A stretch of 62,013 bases of DNA, filler included, from Hausera hauseri (GCA_046269625.1; 10 parts of 10 records of this genome joined end to end with filler, not necessarily neighbours in it); one strand, 5' to 3'. Shown: positions 11,861 to 25,900, counted from the whole stretch's first letter. Made by a program: numbers and translations. Notes: a model not told the origin generated them from the sequence alone.

Positions 11861-13490
11861 AATTTTCTTTTCCATTCTTGATGTAAACTGTGATCGGCGT
11901 AATTTTTGTAATTTTGTACGGTCCTCTGCCAGTCCGAGTCAATTTTAATGAAGTTCCTTTTTTGGCTACTGGGTAATGTATATAAACCCAATCTTCCTAT
12001 TCTAAATCGTGCGGTTTTGCTTTCTTTTCTTTATGCTTTTTAAACTGTTCCTCGTATTTCTGAAATAATTCTTTAGCGATTTTCCAACATTTTTGTAGTC
12101 GCGTTTGTAACACTTCTGCAAAATTTTGTTCCAAATCTTTAGGGTTAGCCGTGTATAGGGCGTAATTCCTAAGTCTGTGGGTAACACAGCTTCTTGTTCA
12201 TAGATCATGTATAAGGGTGTAAGTCCCGTTGCCGGATGTGGCGTGATATTAATTGCAAACTGAGTTCCTTCTAAAAATTCGTCCAAACCTTTTTGGTCTT
12301 TGGTTACCATTGTCGATAATATACGTATAAAGGTTGCATTTATCCATTCAACCATTCCATTACATTGCGGGTGGTAAGTGGTGGTAGCTATTCGTTAGAT
12401 TTCAAATATTTTAATAATCTTCTCAAACAGTTCGCTTGTAAAACTTATTTCTCAATCTGTCAATATTTGATCAGGGGGTTCATACCTGCAAATGATTCGT
12501 CTCACTACGGCTTCTGCCAAAGTTTCTTCCTTCTGATCGGTTAGCTCTACCAACTTGAAGAAATGAGTTAGCCGATCAATACAGGTTAAAATATATTTGT
12601 TATTTTTGTGGGTTGTAAGTAATGGTCATACAATATCCATTGACATGGCTTGCATGGGTCTGTCTGTTACGTTAACTAGTTTTAGTTCCGCCATGTAGTT
12701 TTCCGTCTTTTTTTGTTTAGTTGCACATACTTCACAAGCACTTACCCAATTCTTTACAACAATGTAGATCTGGGCCAAAAGTATTTTTTCAATATTCCTT
12801 CTAGTGTCTTCTTCTATGATGTGTCCTGCTAAATATGAATTTTTTTCTGCCATAAAAACTTCGGTTCTTAAGGCTTTTGGAATGGCTATCAGTTTTTTCC
12901 TTTTAGTTCAAGATATAAAATGTCTTCACGGCCTTTATCATTCAAAACGCAATATTTGTGTCCGTGTTTCTGTAAGTGTTTCTTTAATTGTCGTCCTTTT
13001 GATATTGAAATCCTTTCAGCAAATTCTATCATCTGCTGGATGACTTTATTTTTTTTTATTCTGTGAACATTTTAATTGCTTTATGTAATGTTAAAGCGCG
13101 TTGGTGATCTATTAGTTCTTCAAGCTGAGTTTTCTTCATTACAGTGATTGCACCCATCTTAGTTTTTAATCTTGATAGTGCATCAGTATCTACGTGTTTG
13201 TTTTTGGCTTTATACTGAAATTGTATATTATATCTAGAGATTTCTTTAATCTATCTCTTAATCCTACATGTTGGATTGTTTGCTCGTTCTTTTGAAGTCC
13301 TGACGGTTTTATGATCAGTAACGATTATTATTTTCTGCCCGTACACATAAACGTTAAAATGTTAAAGTGCTTCATTAATGGCTAAATTTTATAATTCGGT
13401 AACGGAATAATTCTTTTCGAATTTCTTCAAGGAACGTCCTCCATAAGCAATTGGGTGTTCCAACTCTTCATCTTTTCTCTTCTGACCTAG
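11860..13490 (-). pseudogene. pol: Decayed Ty3/gypsy RNase H + integrase (with GPY/F motif)
   Basis: EHPIAYG, TDHK, DALSRL; CEVC and PMQAMSMDI; YHPQCNGMVE; TPHPATGLTP; GRGPYKI at ~11910. Many stops and frameshifts. Confidence 0.88.
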
Positions 13491-13704
13491 TTCGCTTGCG
13501 AGAGGTGCAGATATTAAATATGTCCAAGCCAAAGTAGAATACTTTATGTTGAATTGTTGGAAATACCCCGCTCAGGCATCCCAGGGATATGAGATAGGAT
13601 CACACCCCGTAGTCGCGAAACACACAAAATTGATGTTGCGAGAAAAAAATTACCCAATGGCAAAAGTTACAGACAGATACTTCAAATTAATGGACAACGC
13701 AGTG

Positions 13705-13872
13705 AGTAGGGGGAAAATGTGCTTTCTGTCCCACCCCCCTCGGGGGGAAGATCGATAAATCGATTTTGCACATGTGCCGATCGATAGTGCACCCGGAGCA
13801 CTATCGATCCCTAAAGTGCCTGGCAACGGTGCCGTTAGGCACCGTTGCTAAGGGCACTTTTGCACATTTCAC
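13705..13872 (+). mobile_element. Probable Polinton/Maverick terminal inverted repeat end
   Basis: Begins AGTAGGGGG and aligns to the reverse complement of 18640-18805, with homology stopping at the same terminus. 5'-AG termini are typical of Polintons, and Polinton genes occur elsewhere in the window. Confidence 0.6.
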
Positions 13873-13972
13873 NNNNNNNNNNNNNNNNNNNNNNNNNNNN
13901 NNNNNNNNNNNNNNNNTTAATTAATTAANNNNNNNNNNNNNNNNNNNNNNNNNNNNNNNNNNNNNNNNNNNN

Positions 13973-16900
13973 GACCACACCATGGGAGACTACAACATGG
14001 AAGACCACACCATGAAGTACCGCACCATTGAATATCAGGCCAGGAAAGGCCACACCAGGAGAGATTGCACCATGGAAGAACACACAGTGGTAGAATACAC
14101 CATGGAAGAACACACCATGGAAGACCACACCATGGAAGACCACAGTTTGGAAAAACACACCATGAAAGACCACACCATGGAAGAGAACTCCATGTAAGAA
14201 AACACCATGGAAGACCACACGATGGAAGACTACACGATGAAAGACCACAAAATGAAAGACCGCACCATGAAAGATTACACAATGAAAAATTACACCATTG
14301 AAGAGCACAGTATGAAAGAAGACGCCATGGAATACCAAACCATGGAAGACCACAGCACGGAAGACCACACCTTGAAAAACCAAACCATGGAAGACCACAC
14401 CATGGAAGACCACACCGTGGAAGACTACATCTAGGAAGACCACGCCATGGAAGACCACACAATAAAGACCACACCATGGAAGACAACACCATAGAAGACC
14501 ACACCATGAAAGACCACACCATGGAGGACCATACCATGGAAGACCACACCGTGGAAGAACACACACAATGAATACCACACCATGAAAGGCCACAGAATGG
14601 AGGACAATATCATGAAAACCAACATAATGAAAGACCACACCATGGAACACCACACCATGAAAGACCACACCTTGGAAGACCACATGTAAAAGACCACACA
14701 CAATGAATACCACAACATGAAAGACCACACTAAGGAGGACCATATCATGAAAACCAACATAATGAAAGACTACACCATGGACGACCACACCATGAAAGAC
14801 CACACCATGGAAGAAAACACCATGGAAGACAACAAGATGGAACACTACACGATGAAAGACCACACCATGAAACACCACACGATGAAAGATTACACAATGA
14901 AAAACCACATCATCGAACACCACAGTATGAATGAACACGATATGGAATACCAAACCATGGAAGACCACGTTATGAAAGACCACACCATGTAAGACCACAC
15001 CATGGAACACTACGTCATGAAAGACCACACCATGGAACACCACTCCATGGAAAACCATAACTTGTAAAACAAAACCATGGAAGACAACACCATGGAAGAC
15101 CACACCGCGAAAGACCACATCTAGGAAGACCACACCATGGAAGACCACGCCATGAAAGACCACACCATGGAAGACCACACCATGGGAGACTACAACATGA
15201 AAGACCACACCATGAAGTACCGCACCATTGAATATCAGGCCAGGAAAGGACACACCAGGAGAAATTGCACCATGGAAGAACACACAGTGGTAGAATACAC
15301 CATGCAAGAACACACCATGCAAGACCACACCATGGAAGACCACACCATGGAAGAGAACACCATGTAAAAAAACACCATGGAAGACAACAAGATGGAAGAC
15401 TACACGATGAAAGACCAAACCATGGAAGGCAATACCATGGAAGACCACATCATGGAAGACCACTCCATGGAAGACCACACCTTGAAAAACCAAACCATGG
15501 AAGACCACACCATGAAAGACCACACCGTGCAAGACCACATCTAGGAAGACCACACTATGGAAGATCACGCCATGAAAGACCACACCGTGGAAGACCAAAC
15601 CATGGGACACCACGCCATGAAAGACCACATGATGGAAGACCACTCCATGGAAGACCACACCGTGGAAGACCACATCTAAGAAGACCACACTATGGAAGAT
15701 CACGCAATGAAAGATTACACCATGGAAGACCAAACCATGGAAGACCACGCCTTGAAAGACCAGATGATGTAAGACCACGTCACGAAAGACCACACCATGT
15801 AAGACCACACCATGGAACAGCACGCCATGAAAGACCACACCATGGAACACCACTCCATGGAAGACCACACCGTAGAAGACCACATCTAGGAAGACGGCAC
15901 CATGGAAGACCACACCATGGGCGACCACACCATGGAAGATCACTCCATGGAAGACCACACCGTAGAAGACCACATCTAGAAAGAACGCACCATGGAAGAC
16001 CACTCAATGCAAGACCACACCGTAGAAGACCACATCTAGGAAGACGGCACCATGAAAGAACACACTAAGGAAGACCACACCATGGAGGACCACATCATGA
16101 AAGATTATACCATGAAAGACCACATAATAATAGACCACACCATGGAAGAACACACGATGGAAAACCACACCATTGAAGATCACACCATGAAAGACCACAC
16201 CACGGAGGAACATATCGTGAAAACCAATATAATGAAAGACCACACCGTGGAAGGCCACATCATGAAAGACCACACAATTGTAGACCACACAATGGAAGAC
16301 CACACCATGGAAGACCACGCCATGAAAAACCACATCATGGAAGAAAACACCATGGAAGACCACAAGATGGAAGACTACACGATGAAAGACCACACCATGG
16401 AAGGCCACACGTTGAAAGACCACACCACAAAGTATTACACCATGAAAGGCGGCACCATGGAAGAACACACCATGGAAGACCACACCATGGAAGATCACAC
16501 TATGGAAGACCACACCATGAAAGTTTACACCGGGCAAGAGCACACCATGGAGGACCACATCATGAAAACCAAAATAATGAAAGAACACACCAGGAATGTC
16601 CATGCCATGAAGACCACACAATCTTAGAACACACAATTGAAGACCAAAGCACAAAAGACAACACCTTGGACGATTGCAACAAGGAGTACCACAGCACGAA
16701 AGACCACACTATGGAAGACCACACCATGAAAGTTTACACCATGAAAGACCACACCATGAAAGACCACACCATAAATGATTATACCATAGAAAAACACAAC
16801 ACGAAAGACCACACCATGGAACACCACACCATGGAACACCACACCATGGAACACCACACGATGGAATATCACACCATGAAAGATTACACTATGAAAGACC

Positions 16901-18363
16901 ACACCATCGAAGACCACAGCGTGAAAGATCACACCATGGAATACCCAACCATGGAAGACCACACCAGGGAAGACCACAGCACGGAACACCACACCATGAG
17001 AAATACACCATGGAAAACCACACCATGGAAGACCACACCATAAAACATGACACCATGAAAGACCACGCCATAATAGACCACACGTTGAATGACCACACCA
17101 TGAAAGATTACATCGTGAAAGTCCACACCATGGAGGACCACACCATGGAAGACCACACACCGTGAAAGACCACGCCTAGGAACACCACAACATAGAAGAT
17201 GACATCGTGAAAGACAACACCATGGAGGAACATATCATGAAAGATTATACCATGAAAGACCACACAATGGTAAACCACACCATGGAAAAACACACCGTTG
17301 AAGACCACACCATAGAAGACCACACCATGAAAGATTACTTCGTGAAAGACCACACCATGGAGGATCATATCATGAAAGTTTACACCATGAAAGACCACAC
17401 AATGGTAGACTACACCATGGAAGAACACACCATTGAAGACCACACCATGGAAGACCACTACATGAAAGATTACACCATGGAAGATTACACCGTGAAAGAC
17501 CACACCATGGAAGACAACACGATTGAAAACTACGCGACGAAAGACCACACCATGAAAGACCACATCATGAAAGATTACACAATGAAAGATTACACAATGA
17601 AAAACCACACCATCGAAGACCACAGTATAAAATACCACGCCATGGAAGACCACACCATGGTAGACCACCCAATGGAAGATTACACCATAAAAGAAAACAC
17701 GATGAAAGATCATACAATAGAAGACCGCACCTCCGAAGACCACACCTTGCGCGACTGCAACAAGGAGAACCACACCATGGAAGATTACACCATGAAAGAT
17801 TACACCATCGAAAACCACAGCATGAAAGCCCACGCCACGGAATACCAAACCATGGAAGACGACACCGTGAAAGATCACACGATGAAAGATTACACCATGG
17901 CAAAACACAACGCGAAAGACCACACCATGGAACACCACACCATGAAACACCACACAATGGGAGACCACAACATGGAAGACCACACAATGAAGTACCACAC
18001 CATTCAATATCAGGCCACGAAAGGCCACACCATTAAAGATTACACCATGGAAGTCCACACAATGGTAGACCAAACCATGGAAGTCCACAACATTAAAGAC
18101 TACACCATGGGGGACCACACTATGGAAAACCACACACCGTGAAAGACCACACCATGAAAGACCACATCATGAAAACCAACATAATAAAAGAACACACGGG
18201 GAAAATCCATACCATGGAAGACCACACAATGGTAGAACACACCATGGAAGACCACACCATGAAAGATTACATCGTGAAAGACTACGCCATGGAGGACCAT
18301 ATCATGAACGATTACACCATGAAAAACCACACAATGGTAGACCACACCATGGAAGACCACACC
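13973..18363. repeat. 15-bp minisatellite (consensus CCATGGAAGACCACA), ~4.4 kb, fills the whole contig
   Basis: Direct tandem repeat visible throughout. Translates as MEDHT / HGRPH / VVFHG / CGLPW. Higher-order duplication at 1200-bp offset (13981 vs 15181). Confidence 0.97.
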
Positions 18364-18463
18364 NNNNNNNNNNNNNNNNNNNNNNNNNNNNNNNNNNNNN
18401 NNNNNNNTTAATTAATTAANNNNNNNNNNNNNNNNNNNNNNNNNNNNNNNNNNNNNNNNNNNN

Positions 18464-18805
18464 TTTTCGAAATCATCAATATTGGCATTATCGGAAATCC
18501 GTTATTATTGATTTTTGCACACTTGCACATGTGCTATGGACCTGCACATAATCAATCAAGGTGCAACTCGATGTGCTCTATCGACTAGCACTTTATCCTG
18601 TTCGATTGAATCAATACTGCACTGTGCAGCGATCGATTTGTGGAATGTGCAAAAATGTGCTTAGCAACGGTGCCTAACGGCACTGTTTCCAGGCGCTTTA
18701 TGGATCGATTGTGCTCCGGGTGCACTATCGATCGGTACATGTCCAATATCGATTTATTGATTATCGATCGGGGGGGTTGGCGCAGTGCGCTCTCTTCCCC
18801 CTACT
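18464..18805 (-). mobile_element. Probable Polinton/Maverick TIR end, second copy
   Basis: Ends CCCCCTACT. Reverse complement matches 13705-13872. Rich in ATCGAT and TGCACA words. Confidence 0.6.
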
Positions 18806-19109
18806 GTCACAGATCCAATGTGTTAATTATTATGATCGACTTTGACTAATAACATAACTTTATGCTGAAAATTCTTTTAAAACTTTGTTTTGGTTCGTGT
18901 TGTGCCTGTTGTCAAAATGTATATTGGATATCTTATACAAAATGTAAATATTGAATTATTAATGTATAATTTTTGAATTTGAAATACATAATTTATATAC
19001 TATCAAGGTTTTTAGATTATCTTTATTGTTCTATCATTTGGATCTAAATTGGTATCTGGAATCAAATTGGTGTCAGAAAATCGCTAGAATAGAATCACCC
19101 GCGTAACAA

Positions 19110-20990
19110 AAATGAATAATCTCAGAGAATTCTGATAACTATGATGAATTGGTAATGGATATCTGCAGATTTATGGACGCCAAAATCCGATGTGAACTAC
19201 CTAATGAATTTTTCGAAATCCACATAACCGGACGAATTTGGAGAGCAGCCGAGTGCAAACTTAGCATTGAAATCTGTACTCCCGACGTGTGTATTGACTA
19301 CCCGGAATATACTGCAAAACGGCGAATTTTTCGACATTACTTAGAAAATCCGAAAATGCTCTTCATGGTTATTGAAGAGAACGATTTTGCCATACTTATA
19401 AATCCACCATTTCCACTACGATCGTCTGCTTTCAATCGTCATAGCTCACCTCTCGAGGAGGATAAAGTAGCATTGGCCGATTTGCAAGAAAAAACTAAAG
19501 CACCTCTATTCGTAGCATATTACTACAAAGATCACGTAATGAAATTGCCCAATAAAAATTCATTTTTTGAAACGTTTATTGAAGCTGATGCTGCAACGTT
19601 TACCAAAAGAATTCAGGAAATTATATTTAATTCAGTTAAAGGTCAGCATTTAGATTTTCTGATGGGGGCCATTAAATTCTTCATTTGGCCACTTACAACT
19701 AGTGGCTGCGATAGTATAGCAATTTCTTTGTGCGAATCTGTACTTAATGGTTCTAATCACAGTTATAAACTTGTTCGACGGGTAATACCCATGCTCTGTC
19801 GATGTATTGATTTTCAGAATCTCATATTTGGACAATAATGATGTGAATTTTTGTCTATTAAACATACTGCCGCAAGACCAAAAGTGTATTGAAGTTGAAA
19901 TTTTTCTTCTTGCTGACATTGAACCAGCTTCCAATACACTTATTTTTTTAATAAACAAAGATACTCTTGATAATCCAATCACATCAAACTGTAACTGTAT
20001 TTTGAAACCATACAGCAGCAAATCATCTCTGACGAAGAATGCTAAGTTTTTGACATTTACCGTATAATATAGACAATGCGAATATAGAAACAATGAGAAA
20101 GAAAGTTCAGCAGCAAAATCAATGTCATTGCAATGACAATGAATCGTCTGCTCAAATTGCAATAAATCTTATCGTTAGAAAGCTTTTCAATAACCCAACT
20201 GCGTGTTCCAAGGAAATTAAATGTTCCAAAAATTTTTACAATCCTACCGTTACACCAAAAGTCTATGTTAGTTTTTGCGTTGCCTTATTCAATCGAATTA
20301 ACGATAACATTCAATTTTTATTCCGAATGTCAAATGACCATATTATGGAGAAAGGGTTTTTATCAACTGCTGTGCTACCATTTAAAATTTCCTTGAATGG
20401 GTATTTAATGCAGCTTTTCTTTAAAAAACACAACAAAACAGATTTTGAAAAATATAACATTAATTACACAACTCTATGCACCAAAAAAACTTAAAAAGCG
20501 GGGCGGTGAAATCCAAAACATCAAAATTAACCCATTGGCATTCATTTTGATTAGTCCTCAGTTCGATAAAGTACAATTAATGCAATTTTGCTATGGCTTT
20601 ATAGGAGCCTTACTAAAACTGTCGCTAATGACAAAAAACATCAAATGAATGGACAGACTGACATATTCACTAATTTACCTTCATTCACCAATTCAATGTA
20701 CCATCGAGTATATCTGTTGAAATTAAATGGATCAAAAATGTCTAATAATATACCTATAACAACACATTTCGCCGAATACACCATATTGAATATCCCGTTC
20801 AATCTTCCATTTAAAGTACCGATTTCTCCGACTGCACAAAGGCAATTTTCGAATCACTTACTACATCAATTAAAAACTAAAAATCTCGGATTTGTCAGAA
20901 CGATTTTGATGCCATTGTCGACAATTATTTGTAAAAAAAAGGGGAAAGTTCTTTTCCTTATGAATATCATGCCAATAAACACAAAATAAT
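19110..20990 (+). pseudogene. Decayed orphan ORF (~600 codons in pieces), function unknown
   Basis: Successive overlapping plus-strand ORFs 19149-19838, 19807-20067, 20093-20494, 20445-20648, 20588-20989 with globular composition. No family recognised with confidence. Confidence 0.4.
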
Positions 20991-21195
20991 TGTTGTTCAG
21001 AATCTGTTTTTACTATCGTTGGATTTAAAGATAAATACTGATAACGGTGTTGACAATCTGAAATCCGTTGACGAAATGGAAAATGAAAGAACGACTCTTC
21101 ACAATATCCTCTCTCAGTCTCTCGGTAACAAACATTCGAAAACACCTCAATAGCCTATTTCAACATTCGGGATTGCAATATTCAAACGCAGGTGG

Positions 21196-22519
21196 GTGAG
21201 ATTTCTTTCATTTATCCGCTCCCACCGGTGTGGCCATTTTTCCCGCATTTGCATACCCTCTCTGGCCCAGACCATTTTTAATTTTAAGGCATTTCCACAT
21301 CTAAAATCTTTGTATACTTCTTCATCACAAACATCACAAAGCCTCTGTGCATTACATCGTTCTTTTGAGGTAACCTCATCACAATTACCTTTCATCGTCT
21401 CCTGTCACAATCAGCACATCACAACCCTACAAGCACCACTTAACGAGATAGCACAGGTTTTATATGACGCTTTATCCTTATCACATAGCCTTCCTGATTT
21501 TTATTTAACATATAATGGGCTTATAGTACATCCTTCAGACTCCATTTTGTCTTTCATATGCCACGAACGCCCATACACCTGTATAGTGCTTCATTTTCGT
21601 TTACGGCGTGGATCGGATCCCGATCCTTCTTACATGGAAAGCACCACAAAGATTAGGTCTGATCGTCGTCCTGTCAACCCTACACCAAACACATGTCCCA
21701 GTCTCCCATTCACGGATTTCTTTCTAGACAAAACGAATTCCAGTCGTACCTGGCTGCAATTCCATTTGCAGTGGCTCAAAGCCAATTACATTACAGATTT
21801 CTTTCTTCGTGCTAACAGTTTGCTGCTATTACTCCCAGCCAACATCAAACAGCAAATCAGTAATCTGGCTGACATCCTTTCTTCTTCAAGCCCGTATGAT
21901 ATGCTGTAAGAATCTGTTTTATATATCACTGACCCTTCCATCGACAGCATAATCCAGAAGTACTTTAACGAACACGCCATTGGAAATCAAAAACTATCGG
22001 ATTTCCTTAAAACGGCCATCTCACAACTGAGCTCTTTAGGCGTGACTCCGACGAACAATGCTGATCTTCTTTGTCGATACTTTTTCTCATCTCTGCTTAC
22101 TGTAGTAGATGACTCTACTGCCCTCGAAAAGCTTACCTTATTGGCAGACAAAAGCTTTGATATTCTTCAGTCTAATAACTCTCAGCCTGTAGCCGCAGCA
22201 ACTGCTCATACACTGCCAGACAACACTTTATTTGCATAACAACTGAACATGATGCAGAAACAATTCGATACCCCCCAACAAGCAATGTCTGCAATCACGG
22301 CCCAACTTAGTGACTTATCCGTGCCTTGAGGAAGTGAAAATCGTATTTCTCGCAATCGCAGTTTTTCCAGGCACTCTTCTCGTTCTAAATCTAGAGATGG
22401 CAGAATGACGTGCTTCTATCATAACAAATTCCGCAAAGATGTAAGGAAATGTGTTTTAGGCTGTCGATTCTACGATGCACGATATGCCGTAGACAATCCA
22501 ATCTGCATCTATCACGCAA
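21196..22519 (+). mobile_element. gag: CsRn1-like Ty3/gypsy gag (decayed) with N-terminal ubiquitin-like domain
   Basis: FYLTYNGLIVH...IVLHFRLRRG|SDP, then Gag (RTWLQFH..ITDFFLRA..PYDML..IGNQKLSDFL) and CFYHNKF...C...C plus a second CIYH motif. Confidence 0.75.
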
Positions 22520-22619
22520 NNNNNNNNNNNNNNNNNNNNNNNNNNNNNNNNNNNNNNNNNNNNTTAATTAATTAANNNNNNNNNNNNNNNNNNNNNNNNN
22601 NNNNNNNNNNNNNNNNNNN

Positions 22620-22912
22620 ACATATGATGGATTTTGAAAAGGACGCTTACGCGGAAGCATATGTTCAGTCAAAAATACAATATCTCGGATTTTAAAATAA
22701 ATATCGTAACAACGGTACAATGATAGAAGATTTTAAAGAGAAATATCCGTTTTCACCTTTGTGTCAGCTGCAGCATACTCAACTTCTGAAAACCGGTAAT
22801 CTCAAATTGGATTTTCGTTTCCACAAGAGTTGGCTGAAACCTTCATCATGTGTGTATACGGTATATTAGATTCAACGGTGGAAATTACCAAGATTGATCA
22901 AATTTTTGCATA
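22620..22912 (+). pseudogene. Polinton major capsid protein C-terminal remnant
   Basis: MDFEKDAYAEAYV..LGF..RNNG..IEDFKEKYPF..HTQLLKTGNLKLDFRF..LAETFIMCVYGILDSTVEITK matches the Polinton MCP C-terminal pattern. Confidence 0.7.
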
Positions 22913-22919
22913 AAGAAGA

Positions 22920-25900
22920 ATATTTATAATCAACTTTACATAAAGTAAGTACTTCCGGATTCAATTTGTACATTGATTTCAACATCTGGCCAAAGGCCCT
23001 TGTACTTTCGGGGTCTCTTGTTAATGGTGGATACGACTGTACTTTTAGCGCTTGTGGAATTGAATCATTTTTGATATAAGATATCTCGAAGCCTGTGTCA
23101 ATTAGGGCGTAAACTTCCCAGTCTTTATTAGTGACTTTGGAGAATGGCCTGCCTTCTATTACTGTTCCGAAACAATTTGACGCGGCTTATGGCCGTTTAA
23201 TCGTTGATATTTTGTGGACATTTATTTTGATTTCTGGGGAGGACACTACATTTTCAGATATTTGTCTTAGATCTCCATTTGGGTATAATTCATTGATTTA
23301 CATGTTCGACTCATCTTTTCCATGAGTACTGATTAGTGGTTCACGGTTGTTCGTATGTGGCTCTATAATTCGAAAAGTTTGAATCCTTTGATTTCCCCAG
23401 ACGGTTAGTCTGGTTTCTATATTCCGGGGTTATTTTGGAGAGTATAACATTCAATGATCATCCACCGACTGTCAGTAGAGGGCGTCGAATTAGCCCTATT
23501 CTCGTGCATTTTTCGTAAGACTCCATATTGCTTTGTTCCTTCATAAGGGTCTTCTAGACTAAATGATTTTTTATAAATTTCTGTTTGATACGAAACCATT
23601 GATCGTTTATTACAGACTTCGTAGACTTGTGCAGTTGGCGGCAACATGAGCAACTGTGCTTTTACAATGGAATACGTCTTACGTCTACTTACTTTAGGGA
23701 GGGCTTCTCCTACCTTAGGTTCGTCATCATCTAAACTTTTCTTTTGAATTTTGGGTTTTAAAACTTTCTCCTGCAAAAGAATATAGTCTTTCTTCTTTGT
23801 TTGCGATTATGGTAGCCGACATGACACTCTACGTCTGTTTTCCAATTGCTGTCTTCATAATCCTTTAGAAATTTTCCGAACGGTGTTATAATTGTAGTTA
23901 AAATTTAACATTAAAATCCAGTTAACATAAATAATTCGTACCCATTTATTACTGCCTTTATCGAGATTTTGATTAACTTCATTAAGATATATATCGCCAA
24001 AAATCCAGATGCGGCTTGTCCAAAAATTAAAAATTTTCCCAATATTTTATATTGTATCTCTGTGGTCATCAGTTGGTAATCGTCTGCAGCGAGAAAGGAT
24101 TCCCATTTAGCTTGGTATCGAGTATTGTCTACTACTGATTCCATGGTTCGATTTAATTCGTGTGTTCGTTGTCGCGAAAAAGCGAGAAATTGTCTAAAGG
24201 CTTCGATTTTCTTTCGTCGGTATATATCTTTCGATGAGGTATCATGGAATTTGTTATCCGTCATTCATCTTACAAGATCGGTTTCCGTTAACTTAATCAA
24301 GGCGGCGGTAATGCCGCCATTGGACAAACTTGCCCAATCCGTTTCGCTACGTCTAAACATTGGTTCGCCTAAACTTGCTTTACATTTTTTCAGGATCGTT
24401 GGCTAAGTTGCATTATTTAACAGTACTCTAGTAGGATACATAATCCACCGAGAAATATTCTGATATATAACCGGATGTTCTTGTATACATCGATTTTCTT
24501 CAACATTGATTGACTTCGTCGGTAACTCGACCGAAATTTCCTTCTCTCATTGGGATTAATGCTGATAATTCAGGATTGATATAAGAGCCCATTTTGTTCT
24601 CATGATTTCTATACCTAATTGACAATCGTTCGTTATCATCTAGTGGTATATTTTGCCTATTCCGACTTGTCCTTTGTAGCAGAAATAATCATCTCGATTT
24701 TTCAAATAATCTTCAATTCGGATGTCCTGCGTTTGTAAATTGTACATTCTCGCACTTATTTCGGTATCTGTGACAAAAAATGCTTCATAATTAGTGGAAA
24801 ACGTCACTACTTCGCAACGGGAGATCATTTCCTTTTTATTAAATTTTAATCCATGAGGGTCAGAGATTAATATAGTTGGCGTAGAGTGCTCCGCTACGTC
24901 TTCGCGTGTCCTTGTGTTGGTGTCAAATTTATTCACATATCGCTTACCGGTAGTCTCGTTGAATTTCAATTCCTTAATTTTGATAAAATTACAAGGTCTT
25001 CAAGAGGGAGGTTCCCATATTATAACTGAACTTCTGAAAGCACACGTTCCATCCTGTAGACGACATCTTTGATTTTCGGTGTATACTTTGGTGATACTAT
25101 GAAACATCAACTTCTGCGCTCGCATTTCTGATTCATAGAAATCTACATCCATTACGTTTGTTTCTATTCCTTTACCGGTGTCGTACTGTGCTCCATTAGT
25201 TTCCATTGTGCATATCTAGTCTTCCTACCACTACATTATATGCTCTAATTTTTTTCCTTGTTACATTTCAAGTTCCATCCCATCCCATTGTAGTCTTCCT
25301 TTTTCCCTAGCCTGCTTACAATGTTATCTTAAATTTATTGGAATTAAGGGCGTCGTTGGTTTGATTATCGTATGTTAATCCACAGTGGAAAATACTACGA
25401 GATCGTCGCAACATACATTCCATTCCATCCAGTGATATTAACTCTTGATGCTGATATAAGAAGTAACTTTTCTCTTTTGTCTCCAGCTTATGCGGTCTAG
25501 CGTCTTGTCAGGCTTCTAAGTCCATTAAGGAATATTTCTGTCCAAGTTTATATTTATCGCAGTCTTATACTGTGATGGCACCTATTTGTTTTACTAACAT
25601 CATCAAAGTGAGTAAGTTGATTAGCCAATTGGATTCATTTCTCCGATTGCTATTATCCGTCGTCGTCAGATTACGTAACGCATCTTCGAGTCTGTTACTA
25701 TTACTTGATCGTTTGTCTTTACCAAATAATCTTCACCAGTTTACTTCTCGAGGCAATTTCCTAGCCTCGTAGCTATTAATTTCGTTATCGACTGCTATTT
25801 GTTTGGATAGCTAACTATCGTAACACTTTTCTTAGTTGTTCTATCGTGTTTCCCACCATGGTCTTCTCGATCACAAAATCATCGGTTAGGTTACTCTTTG

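Noticed and set aside
11860-11991. N-terminal part of ORF 11473..11991
   Set aside because: The meaningful frame here is the integrase GPY/F tail (DWVYIHYP..GRGPYKI), so the listed N-terminus is out of frame.
13917-18411. Long VVFHG / MEDHT / HGRPH / CGLPW ORFs as pentapeptide-repeat proteins, or the array as CRISPR
   Set aside because: By-products of a 15-bp tandem repeat. There are no unique spacers, no cas genes and no non-repetitive termini.
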